A stretch of DNA of 64,000 nucleotides from Marsupella aquatica. Lineage: Eukaryota > Plantae > Marchantiophyta. The translations under genes and the position numbers were made by a program. Below are positions 1 to 12,645 of this stretch, piece after piece. The stretch's first letter is position 1. Each line of letters begins with the position of its first letter. The stretch spans positions 3,410,480-3,474,479 of the forward strand of contig OZ316898.1 in assembly GCA_973895155.1 (NCBI GenBank), read 5' to 3'. The notes beneath the pieces were generated by a model. That model worked only from the letters and a program-made list of their open reading frames with translations, was not told the DNA's origin and did not search any database.

Positions 1-2051
1 CACAGTATGTGTTTTCTATAAATCTAAGAGACCATTGCACTGACCCACCAAATCAGTTTCGGAAACCAAAATTCACTGATTCCCATCATATGTCTTTACT
101 AGAAGTCTAAGCAAATATTTTACTGACCCACCAAATCAGTTTGGGGAACCACAATTCACTGATCCCTAGGCTGGGCCATTCCTGCATGGGGACCAGTTCT
201 CGCTATCATGAAAATGAGAATAAAATATATAATAATTACTATCCATTCGCATTGTGTGCAGTACTAACAAAGGTGAAGAGTGAATGATGGGGTCCCCCAA
301 AGCTCCACACTATGACATTCCATCAAATGAGAACAAATGTGCTTTAGGTACTTATTTTGAGGTCTAAGGTTATGATTATAAACTTAGTTAGGTCTGACCT
401 TAGTTGCAGACTAGGTTAAGTTAACTAGGATATATAGTATATTCAAATTGTGTTACTTGGATATGAGTAACTCAGGCTTATTGTCATGGAATCAATTGAG
501 AGATAGAGAGACCTTGTGTTGCAAAGATTCAATATGGTCTACAGACATAATGTGCACTAAACTGTAGTGTATGAAAGTGGCCATCACCTTTGCTTCAGAT
601 GGAGAGACCATGAAGGGGGCCACGAGGGGTCTCCATAACCGCACATCAAAATATGACATATATTGTGTTTCATATCCCTCCAAGAAAAACTAGTTATTTG
701 CTTTAAATCAATGAGTAACACCAGCCTTAAGTCTAGGGGGGTCACTTCCATGGAAGTGGCATATCATGTGCGACGAAATATAGGACCATTTAAATGGTTT
801 TGACGGAAAATTTATTAAGTCTTCTATGGAAATATATGGTTGTTTAATTGTAAAATGTATACATGTTATCACATGATTGGTGCCGTACAACTTTCTAGAA
901 AGTGACTTAGGGGGGTCATAAATGACCCAAACCGTCGCACGTGATGTATGACCCTTCATATAATGACCCCCCCCCGAGCTTTAAGTGCCAATTTTAGCCC
1001 AATACCACCTCCCCCAAAAATGTTCACCACTTTTGGCTAATATAGGCTAGATGTTTTTAGCACCATTAGCCACTCTTCCACCAAATCATGAACCCTATTA
1101 GCCAGAATCTAATGGTCCTCCTTAAATCTAGGGATATCTGACCGTCATGATGCAATTCAGTAAAATCATGATGCAATTGAGTAAAATCTGATGGATTCAG
1201 TAAAATCTGATGGAGAACATTCCTAGAATCTCCTCCCTTAGAGAAACAAACATTGGTCACACTGGATTAAAAAAAAACAAATAAAAAACCAATTGGCTAG
1301 GGGATTGGCCTTGAACTTCTTCCCCATTTCGGAACTTCTTCCCCATTTCGGTTCAAGACAAAACAAAAGATAAAAATAAAAAACCTTAAATAGGCACCTT
1401 GTACTAGTACATTTTGATGTGTGTGATTAGGCAGGGGCCCATAAGGAGGGCAATCAGGAGTGACAGCACCATCTTGTAAAGCCCCTAGCATCTTTTAAAG
1501 GACACTGAGGAGCGACATTGGAGCATTTATTTTCCTTCCTCTTACGTGAATGAAAACACCGAGGAGAACCCTAATTGTAGCGGGCAAGGGTGCTTGGAGT
1601 AATGGAATCACAGGGACAGAGGATTGCGCGTGTAGGAATTGCGCGACATGAAGAGTTTCAACAAAGATTATTTGGGATTGAAGACACAGAATTGTAATTA
1701 GACTCGGAATTGTAGTGCACGCCGGAGATGCGCGAGTCTTCAAGACGTGATCCGTAACTTATCGAGGAGATATTGGAATTCTAGAGACAATTCGGCGATT
1801 TTCGTTTGGAGGAACTTTTGTTGGCTTCAGCTTTGAGTCATAGTTGAGATTTTTCAATTTCGTGCGCGGAGGAAGAGAATCTGCTTGTTAAGAGACTCTC
1901 GCTCGTCGAGAAATCACCAAGAATCGGCAGAGCGGAGCGAGAGGCGTTTGACTAACGTGGAACGCTCCTGAAAATTTGAAGGGGAAGGGGCCTTTAAAGC
2001 GATGCGGTTGATGATCTAAAGGTTTGAGATTTGGATTTGTATTCTGAGAGG

Positions 2052-2927
2052 ATGGAAAGTAAGATGGAACCTCCACAGCGAGGGAGCGCTATGGACGCAG
2101 TCGGGGAGAAAATATTGGGAGTGAAGGAGACCCGGAAGATAGAGTCGTTAGGATGGATAACAGAGTCGTCCGTCATGCCCAGAAAGCGGCGTGACATCGA
2201 GGGTGTTGGAGCAGCCTCCATTCTTGAGCTGCAGGCGGAGCTATACCGCACACAGGAGGACGTGAAGAAAATTAAGGAGGGAGGAGCAGATGATCTAGAC
2301 GCTCAGAGGTCAAGGAGGAAACTCGCCGTCCCCGATGTGTTCTCGAGGAAGAATTCAGGCGTCGAGGAAAGGGCTGGGCGGGACAAGTTGCATCTTAAAC
2401 CTGAGAACGATGGCTCGGCGAGTTATGCTGCGTTGGAGAAGAAGGCAGAGCTCTACGATAAGCTTGTCAGAGGGGACGTTCCGGCTGGGGATGAAGAAAA
2501 GTATAATGTGTTATTCTACAAGAAAGGAACATTAGAGAACGAATTTGAGGAGATGGAGAGCGAACGAAGAGGAGAAACTGCAAACCCTAGTTCTAGTTTG
2601 CAAGACAATAATGTCTCAGCTCCTCCTAGCCTGGTTCCTAGTGCAATTGGCTTTGGTCAGAGCACTACTACTGGGCTAAGTCAGGAGCAGAAACAGCTGA
2701 TCAAGGAGGTTAATCAAGAGACGATTCAGGAGAGGCAGAAAGCTTCGACATTGAAACAGAAGAGGGAAGATGCAGCTGCTAAGAAGAGAGAACAGCTGCG
2801 GAACGCTTACATCAAGAAGAAGCTCGAGGAAATGAAAGCTGCGTCGCGCAACTCCACTCCTCTCGAAACCCCTGGAGATGTTTTGGCTGACCCCAAACCC
2901 CAAATCGAGTCTTCTAATGCGGCGTGA
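2052..2927 (+). CDS. CCDC174 / At4g18257-like coiled-coil protein, single exon
   Basis: Uninterrupted ORF from ATG 2052 to TGA 2927. Motifs ESLGWITESSVMP, GVGAASILELQAELY, KNSGVEERA and ALEKKAELYDKL are recognised from the plant CCDC174-like family; charged coiled-coil C-terminus. Confidence 0.8.
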   Translation: MESKMEPPQRGSAMDAVGEKILGVKETRKIESLGWITESSVMPRKRRDIEGVGAASILELQAELYRTQEDVKKIKEGGADDLDAQRSRRKLAVPDVFSRKNSGVEERAGRDKLHLKPENDGSASYAALEKKAELYDKLVRGDVPAGDEEKYNVLFYKKGTLENEFEEMESERRGETANPSSSLQDNNVSAPPSLVPSAIGFGQSTTTGLSQEQKQLIKEVNQETIQERQKASTLKQKREDAAAKKREQLRNAYIKKKLEEMKAASRNSTPLETPGDVLADPKPQIESSNAA

Positions 2928-5690
2928 TAAATTTCGATTTGGCGTGTTCTTCTTCAGCTACATCTGAAGCTCTCGCCCAGATTGAGTATGCCTTGAAACT
3001 TTTGAGGACTCGACGGGAAATAAAGAGCATGGGCGTGCGATGGAAGATTTCTGGCAGCGAAATTTAGGACGGTCGTCATGGAATAAGGTTCGATACACTC
3101 GAGGAATCTGCACTCATGGGTGATGCGTTGATTGCTGCAACGCTTTCAATGTGAGCAACTTACTGGCTTTATGTGAACAGAACTCCAGAGAAGCTTTCTA
3201 TGGATATTATATGTGAGGTAGGCACACTCTCTTTCCTTGTAACTTCAAAGACCGAGTGCTCTAAAACTATATCTATCTTATAACACTGTCAGAGCCCACT
3301 GCTCCTGCCTGTCTTTGTTTGGTAGTGAAGAGGTCTCAATTGAAGATAGTCCATATGTCCTCAACGAACGGATCATCGGTAAGGCTATTTTTTACAGAAA
3401 GGAGGTCGTCGCAGTACCATGTTGTATGAAATACTGTCTGCGGCTGACTCTATAATCGACGATTCAGGAAGAATCTGCATCTCTTGTGAATAGGTGCTGC
3501 ACAATATTAGCACAGTGTGTACTGTTTGTCAGATCTTAGAAAGGGTGCTTCGTGGCTTTCAGTGGCTGTGACATGGACATGAATCCATCAAGGCGTCACG
3601 TCGGAATTAATGTGGATCTAGCACCGCATGTTCATGTTCTGGAATCGTCCTCTTAAGAAAGTTTCTTGACTCAGTTGTAGTGGAAGAATTTGCGGTCTCG
3701 TTGATACATAATGTAGCTAGTTCGGTTGGGCATTATCGAAGTCTGGGTAGTGATGCCTTTATTCATCTTTTCTGATCTGTATGACTGCAGGAGGGCAGCT
3801 ATGGATTGCTTCCGACCCATCGCTGTTTCAATGCCCTTCATGAGCATGCCAGCTTAATCGAAAGCGGAAATTGCTACTATTACTGAGACGGGTGAATGAA
3901 ACAATTTGGAGATTCATTCCATTGGTAATGGAGAGAGAAGTTAATAATTCTAGCTGGTCATTTGTGTCGTCTTTTTGACACAAATTTGCTGAGCCACGTT
4001 TAAATATTCGTCTCATGCCTTGGTATTCCATGTGGTATTGCGCACAGGTTTCGACACTGGGAGGTCCTGCGCAGATGAATGATAGGACCATACTTGTTGG
4101 CCTTCAACTGGAGCAGAGTCGTGTGCTCTATGAACTCTAAGAGGAATGTAGCACTACTTGTCCAATCTAGAGTGTATTGAATGTTGTGGATTCTCAAATT
4201 GTAGAATTGTGTCACTCAGAAATGAACGGTGCTATACGACTCTTATTTTTCCCTTGTGAAATAGTACACGCGAACGAACTAAGAAAACCAAGATGTTACA
4301 AGATTAGGAATTTCGTCATACATTTTCTCACTCCTTTGTATATAGCCATCCGTCTCTTTGTATATAGCCATCCGTCTGTAAAACTCAGGCGCTTCCCACG
4401 AGGACTGCCAAATTACTAGTCAATCCGCCAGCGTGTCTCTGAAGCTTCAAAGCAGCAATGATCGATCCTCGGAATTGTGTTCCAGGCTTACAATCATGTA
4501 TGAAAGAGTGATCGGCTTCAGTTGAACGTTCCTCCGATGGCTGAATTGGGGATCCCGATATTTTGGACAAATTTCAAGGAAATCGTGAAGGGGGCCAAAA
4601 CTAGAGGAGAGGTGATTGAGAACATCAAACACGCCCTGGAGTGCAGGATGCAAAATTCGAAGGAGAGACTAGGAGAATTCATCAGTCATCAACCAAAGAA
4701 GTCCCTTCCATCTGAAGTGGTTTAAGCGTTCATCATAATCATCGTCACCAATAGTAGCAGCAACTGAAATGGGAATCGGTGCTTTGTGCCACTGGAATGG
4801 TGTCACTCCCTTGTGCGGAAGCCTTAGCAGACAATTGCTCTACTCAACAAATTGCCGCCGTAGCTTTTTCTCTTACTTCTCTCTTAACAGTATCATCTAA
4901 ACAGCATTCTTGGGTGCGGGACGCGACTGGAGTGTCTCGCCTCACCTATTGAGAAATGGATAAGCTGAGTCACAAACAACCTTTATTCAACTGCTCGATC
5001 CTTAGTCACTCCAGCACTTCGCCAATCCAAATAGGATAGAGAATTGATGCAGTGGGATAAGTAAGGTTCTGTATAGTAGATTATAACATGAAATAGAGCT
5101 CTTCAATGTGAAGTAAAAATTGAACCGTGGACGTCATCGACCGAGCTCGAGCATCCGCCCACACTGTCACCCGACGTCGAAGGCAAAGTTAAAAAAACCT
5201 TTACTAAAGATGTTCTATGATGGAGCGATGGGCTATCTTAAGGTTTTAGGGTCGGCACGAAAAGGTTATCGTATAGTGCTCCAGGATAGCGTACTACGTG
5301 CCTGCGCATACGAAGATATGTACAAAAGCTTGTTTCAAATTTTCGGACATTACTGATCTACAAGATTCGAGGTCCTCTGTCTCGATCTATGAATCTAGTG
5401 TACTTGGTATTTTGAATCTCCAATCCCAGATGGTAAAGATGCTTGATAGCCAAACGCTTTGGTGACAGCCACGGTTCTATGTGTGGATGGCTCCTAGTTG
5501 ATGAGTCTGAAGATCAACAACATAACACCAATGAAAGCAACAAGGAAAGTGATCCGAGTCTTCATGCTCAGGGGTTTCGGCAAGTTGCTACGGCATCGAA
5601 TCGAGATATTCTGAAATAAAGCATGTTCTTTAGGCCATTCTGAATACCCTGCCCCCAGTCCCTCCGTCGAAAGCGTTCTAGCTAAGTGCG

Positions 5691-6236
5691 TCAAGCTTCG
5701 AATCTCATCGGCTGCCAGGCAGAATGTGGTTCGCTCCCCTTAATACCTCCGCGAACATGGAGCCAATCTCCATTGGCATAATGCCCAGTTTTCTCCACCT
5801 TATTGCATGCGCGATCGATCGACTGTATAAGACTATTCTTCGCTGTTAGTGCAGCACCCGTTGCCGTGGTAGTTGCCCCTATGCCTGCTCCTATGCCAGC
5901 AATTGCCGGCCCAGCAACCAAAGGCTGCAGAGCAGCAGCAGCGGTGCCCGCTGCGGGAATTGCCGCAGCAGTAGCGGCACCGGCAGTGATGGCAATGACC
6001 AGAGCTGTCGCAGTTGGAATGAGCACTCCCAACACCGCCTCCATCGTCGTGGGTTCGTTGTGGCCATCGTATGGGTAGCAGCTGACAGTAAACCAAACGC
6101 GCCCGGTTTCCTTTGTCATTCGCTCGCCGGGCTCAATTACTCCCCAGTACAAAGGCCCCACTTGAGATATCACCCAGACGAGCGGAATCTCGGTCTGATT
6201 GGCAATGCGCACCGATGCGGACTGCTCGTTTCCCAT
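5691..6236 (-). CDS. Unknown 181-aa protein: MGxxxS N-terminus, beta-rich N-domain, Ala/Gly-rich hydrophobic core
   Basis: ATG at 6236 (MGNEQS) within the 5691..6296 ORF. Protein-like composition (SQVGPLYWG, ETGRVWFTV, GHYANGDWLHVRGG) and no introns needed. Confidence 0.75.
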   Translation of the reverse strand: MGNEQSASVRIANQTEIPLVWVISQVGPLYWGVIEPGERMTKETGRVWFTVSCYPYDGHNEPTTMEAVLGVLIPTATALVIAITAGAATAAAIPAAGTAAAALQPLVAGPAIAGIGAGIGATTTATGAALTAKNSLIQSIDRACNKVEKTGHYANGDWLHVRGGIKGSEPHSAWQPMRFEA

Positions 6237-7382
6237 CGATCGCAAGCAGTTGATTTTAGACAAAGCGGAATGAGTGAAATCCTTCGAGTGTATCAACCTC
6301 CTTCGATAATGTTGTCTGTAGCAAGAGTTTATTCTCTTCAGGTTTCCGAAGCGCTACCGTGAGCAGCAACAATTCGCGGGCTCCAGCCAGGTCTGGGGTC
6401 TGGCAATCGCACCTTCACTTGATTGACAAAATGCTCGAGTGATTTAAGAGGTTGGTCTAAGCTCGGAGGTGTCCGTGACTTCTTGTACTCGTCGAAAATA
6501 GAAGCTGTAGAGAATCCCGGGCTCCACACGGTCCAAGGGTCCAAGCCGCTTGTCAGTGTCGTCTTCTGCCCTTGTATCTCGCTGCAAATTTAGCGAGATA
6601 GTAGGGAGAGAAAAGTGTCAGTGCATTTATTAGCAACGCGCTGAACAGCTTGGGCCTTATGTCTCTTTGCGTTTACTGTTCGTGCGACTCAGTCACATTG
6701 AGTCTTCGTTCCCGGTGTCTCATCCGTGGTCAGCCATCCTAGGCTAGAGCGGGAGTTGGGGCTTTGACATACTCACTCCTGCGGAAGCGACACAGACAGT
6801 AATACCATTACTGTCTGGAAACGAGCATGGGTTGACAATTGATGGGTGCAAATGGAGACGCAAGCACAAGTGGGGGCGCAAGTGTAAGGCCGGCAACGAC
6901 AATTATAGCAACAAAGAAATGAGTCACCCCAAGATTATAGCAAGTAGATTATAAAATTGAAATACAATCGATAGACCAGAGGCATTGATCAAGGATAGGA
7001 AGAATCCCAATAGAACTCAATCAATCGCCGCTTGGTGTTCTAGAATAAACCGTTGAGACTCCGTCAGATGATAGACAACGGGTGAATTTAAAGCGGTGAC
7101 CAAAAGATAAACCCAGTTTGACAGCTAGATTATGTCTAGCATTGTACTCGATATATTTTATAAGAGTAGGATAGTGATCGGAGCTGCCGGTATGCAAAGA
7201 TACTTCAGCTCAGCTTCTGAATTCTATCCATTATCTTATACGAACCCAATCGAGTGGGTCGAACGAACGAAATAACTCTAGCAAAAGACTTCCGATTTTC
7301 CCCATTCAACAAAATTTCCTGAAGAGCGGACACTGTGACGCGAAGATTGACTGCAGGCATCAAAGCCCATCCTGTAAATACG

Positions 7383-7602
7383 TGTATCAGCTACACGTAT
7401 CACTGCTACACGTATCCAGTAAATCGCACGAAGCAGGATTTACAGGATTGCTGGATTTACGTGTAGCAGGATTTACAGGATTGCGTGTATTTAGCTGGAT
7501 TTAGCTGGATACACGTAATCCTGTATCCAGCAAAATCCTGAATTGCTAAATCCTGTAAATCCAGCAATCCTGTAAATCCTGTATCAGCTACACGTATCAC
7601 TG
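7383..7602. repeat. Fold-back mosaic repeat
   Basis: Perfect 27-bp inverted repeat (7434-7460 and 7555-7581) inside a 23-bp direct repeat TGTATCAGCTACACGTATCACTG (7383-7405 and 7580-7602). Confidence 0.85.
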
Positions 7603-8507
7603 ATCTGACAAGTTGAGGAGAACTGAAAATGTGGAACTTCAAGAAACTGTAGGATGTGGACAAGAATTCGGACTGAACTAATTTAGAAAGCAGATTGCGT
7701 TTGTAGGATAAGTCTCGTGATTTTGGGTACTGTTCACTTATCACACCCCATTGGTGGGTCTTTTGAATTACTGCCTTATCACCTTCAACTTCAGCGTGAC
7801 AGAGAAAATCAAGAGAGAAGGCATCTGAAATACTTAGTGCCACCCTGATTCGGTATCAAATGGATTATAACTCTCTCCACAACTCCCGAAACTACAAACC
7901 TATACGAACATGGACTTCATATGCCATCTGATGGAGATAGACCGACTGACGGATGAGCACATAGGAGAGGACTCTATTTCCGACTCAACAAAGTAGAAAC
8001 GACCCATGTCACGAACAGAAGTTTGAATTCAAACTGAAGAGAATTCATGGCGTGTTTTATTGAGGGTTTTGCTTCAGGTGAAAGCTCACGGGGAGTCACG
8101 AGTAAGTTTTCGAGTTGGGGAGTGGGCATGCATAGTACATGTCGCCAGTCTCATACAATGTCATCCTATGATTCACTGGTGTGCAGCACAGTTTGCAGGA
8201 TAGAGTTTATCTAGACTCCAGAATTGATTTTCCCAAAACATGATTCAGACAGCAAGAACTTCTGTGAATTGAAGGCAAATAATATCTGGGGAAAACATTT
8301 TGCCGAGGGCCGGTATTCCAGACATGCATCCATCAGGGTCTGTTCGGAAGCTTAAAGTTTTTTTCACACTTGCGCGGTGAGGTTTCCCACAAGAAGTGGC
8401 CAAAGAGGACACACGTTTGTGAATGGGAAGGAAGGCGCAAAGCCGCAAACATACACAATACAGGAGTGCGTGAGTCTTAGTTTTAAATGTGCCATGGCAG
8501 AGTAGAA

Positions 8508-8636
8508 TGGGACCCACGAACAGAAATGAAAGACTCATATACAAAGACAATGAAGGCTCATCACCTAGATGGGACCCACGAACAGAAATGAAAGACTCAT
8601 ATTCAAGGACAATATATGAAGGCTCATCACCTGGAT
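8508..8636. repeat. ~61-bp tandem duplication
   Basis: ATGGGACCCACGAACAGAAATGAAAGACTCATAT...GAAGGCTCATCACCT occurs twice in tandem. Confidence 0.8.
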
Positions 8637-9009
8637 GCCAGGAAAGACCTACCGAAGGTATCACCTCTCGCAACAAAGGGGCCCTTGAACAGGCATCAAT
8701 TGAGTGCGGCGGGGGCAGGACATATGCGAGTTAGTCGCCACCACTGTAGGATGCAGCGTCACGCCGTCACGGGGTGAACATAATCACATCCAGACACGGT
8801 TATTCCGTTGTTGGCTAAGTCAAACTGTCAAAGGATGGTTCTGCCGTCCTTGCCAAGTCAAATGCGTCACCATAATAACAAACTGAGTTCCTATTCGAGC
8901 AGACTTGGAACTAGCGCAGGTGGGCGAGGTCTACTGTAGGCTCCGGGTCCATCGGACATCAGCCACTGAGAGCTGGATGTAGCACACGCCCGCTTCTGGG
9001 CCCTCCTGT

Positions 9010-9019
9010 GTATATATAT
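9010..9019 (+). promoter_or_regulatory. Putative TATA box of the germin-like gene
   Basis: TATATATAT in a GC-richer context about 250 bp upstream of the ATG. Confidence 0.45.
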
Positions 9020-9265
9020 CCTGGTTCGGTTTGGAAGTCACTTATCTCACATTCAATTTCAGCTGAAGCAACTCTTCTTGCCACTCGAAGTTTCAAGTCA
9101 CTGCTAACAAATTTCCATCACGTTTATCGATTAAGTTTCGGGAACAGCGAACGAAATACTTCAGGGGACGAGTGTTCCTGTGCGGACTCCGGAGAACAGA
9201 TTACGGTAGAAGCAGGAACTTTCCAGGTTTCTAGTTTCATTAATTAGCACCATCAATCGTTGAGG

Positions 9266-9907
9266 ATGGCCAAGTCTACTACAACATTGCTGTTGTTCCT
9301 TGGACTGTTATTGACAGTTTCGCAGGTCGTTAGGGCGAGCGATCCGGATTTGACCACCGATTTCGGAATCACAACCAATTCTGCAGCGAACTTTACATTC
9401 ACGGGGTTCCGTAACATTCAACCAGGAGCCAAGGGAGTAGCAACGCCAACGGCTGCCAGCTTCCAACAACTACCAGGACTCACCGGGCTCGGTCTCACGG
9501 CAGTACTATTCGAATTCGGGCCACAATCCCAGATTTCTCCCCACACCCATCCCCGCGCAACTGAAGTTTTCTATGTTCTTAAGGGGACTGTGGACGTGGG
9601 ATTCGTGGATACCAACAATGACTTGTTCGAGACTACTTTGCAGACCGGCGATCTGTTTGTGTTCCCTAAGGGTCTCCTGCACTTCCAGAGAAACAATGGC
9701 GATTACCCAGCGTCGGGCTTCTCAGCTCTGTCCAGCGAGAACCCGGGAACCCTCCTGGTCGCCAGTGCTCTCTTCACCGCCGGTGGGAAGGGCCTCCCCG
9801 ATAATGTTCTCGCAACAGCATTAGGTACCAGCGTGACGAACGTGGACAGCATCAAGAGTGCTCTCGGCGGTTCTGCCTCTTCTCCTGCTGCCCCACCTCC
9901 ATATTAA
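9266..9907 (+). CDS. Germin-like protein (cupin_1), secreted
   Basis: Signal peptide (LLLFLGLLLTVSQVVRA), germin box PHTHPRATE, and GDLFVFPKGLLHFQ. The Mn-ligand residues H, H, E, H are present. Single exon. Confidence 0.95.
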   Translation: MAKSTTTLLLFLGLLLTVSQVVRASDPDLTTDFGITTNSAANFTFTGFRNIQPGAKGVATPTAASFQQLPGLTGLGLTAVLFEFGPQSQISPHTHPRATEVFYVLKGTVDVGFVDTNNDLFETTLQTGDLFVFPKGLLHFQRNNGDYPASGFSALSSENPGTLLVASALFTAGGKGLPDNVLATALGTSVTNVDSIKSALGGSASSPAAPPPY

Positions 9908-11384
9908 CTTCAGAAAAGGTAGCGTTAGGTGTTACTGAAGTTTTAGAATGAAGGCATGTACAGATAGGAGTCAGGCAGATCGTTCAAACGTCGAGCATCG
10001 ACAATGAATCGTATGATAGATCTAGTGCAGTCTAGTGAAAGATTTGATTAGGAATACCGACGGTACTTTAGTTACTGCCGATACTGCGCTATGAAATGTT
10101 TTCATGATATAGCGTCACTGGCAAGAATGAAGTGATCGACATGGAAGAGTTCAAGTGAGTAGGCCCCTCACCTTCGTAGAACAGAATAAAACTGATGTAT
10201 CCTACGCCTGTACAATCATTATTCAATTTCAGAACATTATACAATCTCTTCAGTTACGCTCGAACTCCACTTTTGGCACCTGAGCATTTTGATTGCCTTG
10301 CAAGACTCAACAGTCGAAGCAGATGTATGAACGACTCAACAGTCGAAGCAAATATATTGACTTATTACTTTTGGCTTTAAGAACATAACTTTGATACCGA
10401 TCAATGTCTTCAGATTTGCAAATGACCTGGATCGAGCTGAGACCAGAAACACCGAAACAAACATTTAAGTCTTTAAAAAACCGCACAATTGGACGGAGTC
10501 TAGCGACCGAAACTGTTGTGAAACGAAATTAAGAAAGGACAGTTGTCGACAAGAATCTATAGGTGAATGAATACACGTCTCCCGGACTCAGTGAAAATCA
10601 AACAATCTCACTCCCAGGTAACGTTTAAATCCGGGATGTCACGTGAGAAGGAATGCAGCCAAAGGAAGTATCGATATTACTTGTGCAGATCATGATAAAC
10701 TTTAATAGGTAGTACTTTGGGATCGAAACAAAGCGAATTCTTCGTGCTGCCATTCTTCCTTGGTGCCATGTTGTCAATGTGGAACGGTATGAGGTAAATC
10801 AATTGTGTCTTGGAAGCAAATTCGAAAGATCACTGGAGCAACATGACGATACCAAAACACGACCAAGTACAGAAGGTTGCTTGAGGAGATGTCGAGACCA
10901 CACAACAATCTTTTGGGGAAATCCACAGCTCCACACTACGAAATCATCAGTGTGGGACATCCACACTTGGAAAGGCATGATTCTGCCGCAAGCACGGCGA
11001 GGATATCGGGAGTATCCAAGGAAAATCAAAACAAGGAAATGAAAACCATATCCAGACAGAAGGGCATCATTGTGCTGCGAACACGGCGTGGATAATTATG
11101 CGCAAAGGGACATGGAAATGGAAGAGCAAACCAATACGTATTGTATGACAGGAGCAAACAGGAATGTGTGAATAGAATAATGTACTGTCGAGGGCAATCT
11201 GAGATATCATGCCAAAACAAATGAGGGTGATAAGATGCTCCTAATATATAGCATATAGCATTATAGCATGTTCATCCTAATACATGGCTATTTTTACTTA
11301 TCCAAAAAAAAATGAGGGTGATAAGATGCTCCTAACTGGGATATTAAGTTGTGTAAAAAACTTAGTGTCAGATTCTTTCAGCAG

Positions 11385-11680
11385 TAAGAGACAAGAAAAA
11401 GGTAATAGACAAGAAAAAGTGGATCTAAAAAAATTTGAAAATTGAAGTTAGGGCCATGGAAAAAGTGGTTGCTATGTGATTGGCCAAACACAAGATAGAA
11501 GCTAAAAGCACATCTTATGATACTTGATACAACTTATTATTTTTCTTACATGATAAAATTATATTTGGGTTTTATGTTTCCTATATTTATGGTGTTTGTC
11601 ATAATCCCCTCCACAAAAGAAGGGAAGCTGGACAATACTTAGATGCACTCAAAAATACAAATAGAAAAATCACAAAGTAT
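11385..11680. repeat. Dispersed AT-rich repeat, copy A
   Basis: Colinear similarity with 28260-28580, e.g. ACAAGAAAAAGTG, TTGCTATG..TGGCCAAA, TAAAATTATATTT and CTATATTTATGGTGTTT..ATAATCC. Confidence 0.65.
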
Positions 11681-12568
11681 TTACCAAAGCTTGTTGTTAG
11701 GGAGTCACTAGTGGTTTTAATTTCTTTTGACTTTTATATTTTGAGTGCACCTGACCTCTGGCAGCCAAGAAGCTTTCTAAGTTTTCTTGGAACAGGGTTC
11801 AAGCTAGAACCCCTGCCCAGACCTCCAATATATTGTGTAGTTAGTATACGGAAAAGCTTAATTCTAGGCAAGAGATTATGGGCATAAGAGGCACCTCCTA
11901 GAATGACTACACACCTGTAACCTAGCTACATTCTAGGGCATACCTCCATTATAGTATGTAGTTAGTGTCCAAAACAAGGTTAATTCTATGCAAGAGAATA
12001 TGGGGAAAAGGATGCTCCCATGGACCCCAACATTGGTCTTTGAAAACCCCCATGGACCACATTTCCCAAAGTTTGAATTTAATTGTAACAACTTGATGCT
12101 AGTAATTTCAAATACTTTTAAGTGTTGAGTATATGCTAGAGGAGTAGGTAAGCTACACTTCCATCAAAATGACAGCGATTTTTTGATCATTTTGTTTGAG
12201 TTATTCATCATGGAATACAAAGGGGTAAATTCTATTAAATAAAATTTCATTGTATATATTAATATGAAGTATTTGGGCTTGTGTTTTCTAAGGTCTCCTT
12301 CTTTCTCTAGCTGCCTTGCAAGTGCAACCCTAATTATGGACCACAAAATGTGGTTCTGGGAGCACTGTGCTCCAACATGGTGGTCCATACTGGCTTCACT
12401 TTCGATGATGGGAATAACACGTACCTCCAAAAGTGGTTACACACCTCTAGTGTAGGTTTTGGTAAGAGTTTTAGAGTATTAGGGCCTCTCAAAACAGAGC
12501 AGTAAATGAGATAAGGCCAAGGCCATAAAACTGTTTGATGGCTAGCACATAAAGCAGTACAAGCTACC

Positions 12569-12645
12569 TAAATACAAGCCCCCATATATAAATACAAGCC
12601 CCCATATATAAATACAAGCCCCCATATCTAAATACAAGCCTCCAT
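12569..12645. repeat. 20-bp minisatellite, about 4 copies
   Basis: AAATACAAGCCCCCATATAT repeated in tandem. Confidence 0.9.

Noticed and set aside
4388-4725. Coding-looking segment (ELGIPIFWTNFKEIVKG...)
   Set aside because: Upstream stops and a frameshift, no recognisable family and no gene model. At most an old relic.
10690-11095. Overlapping short ORFs after a possible acceptor site
   Set aside because: No consistent frame or recognisable motif.
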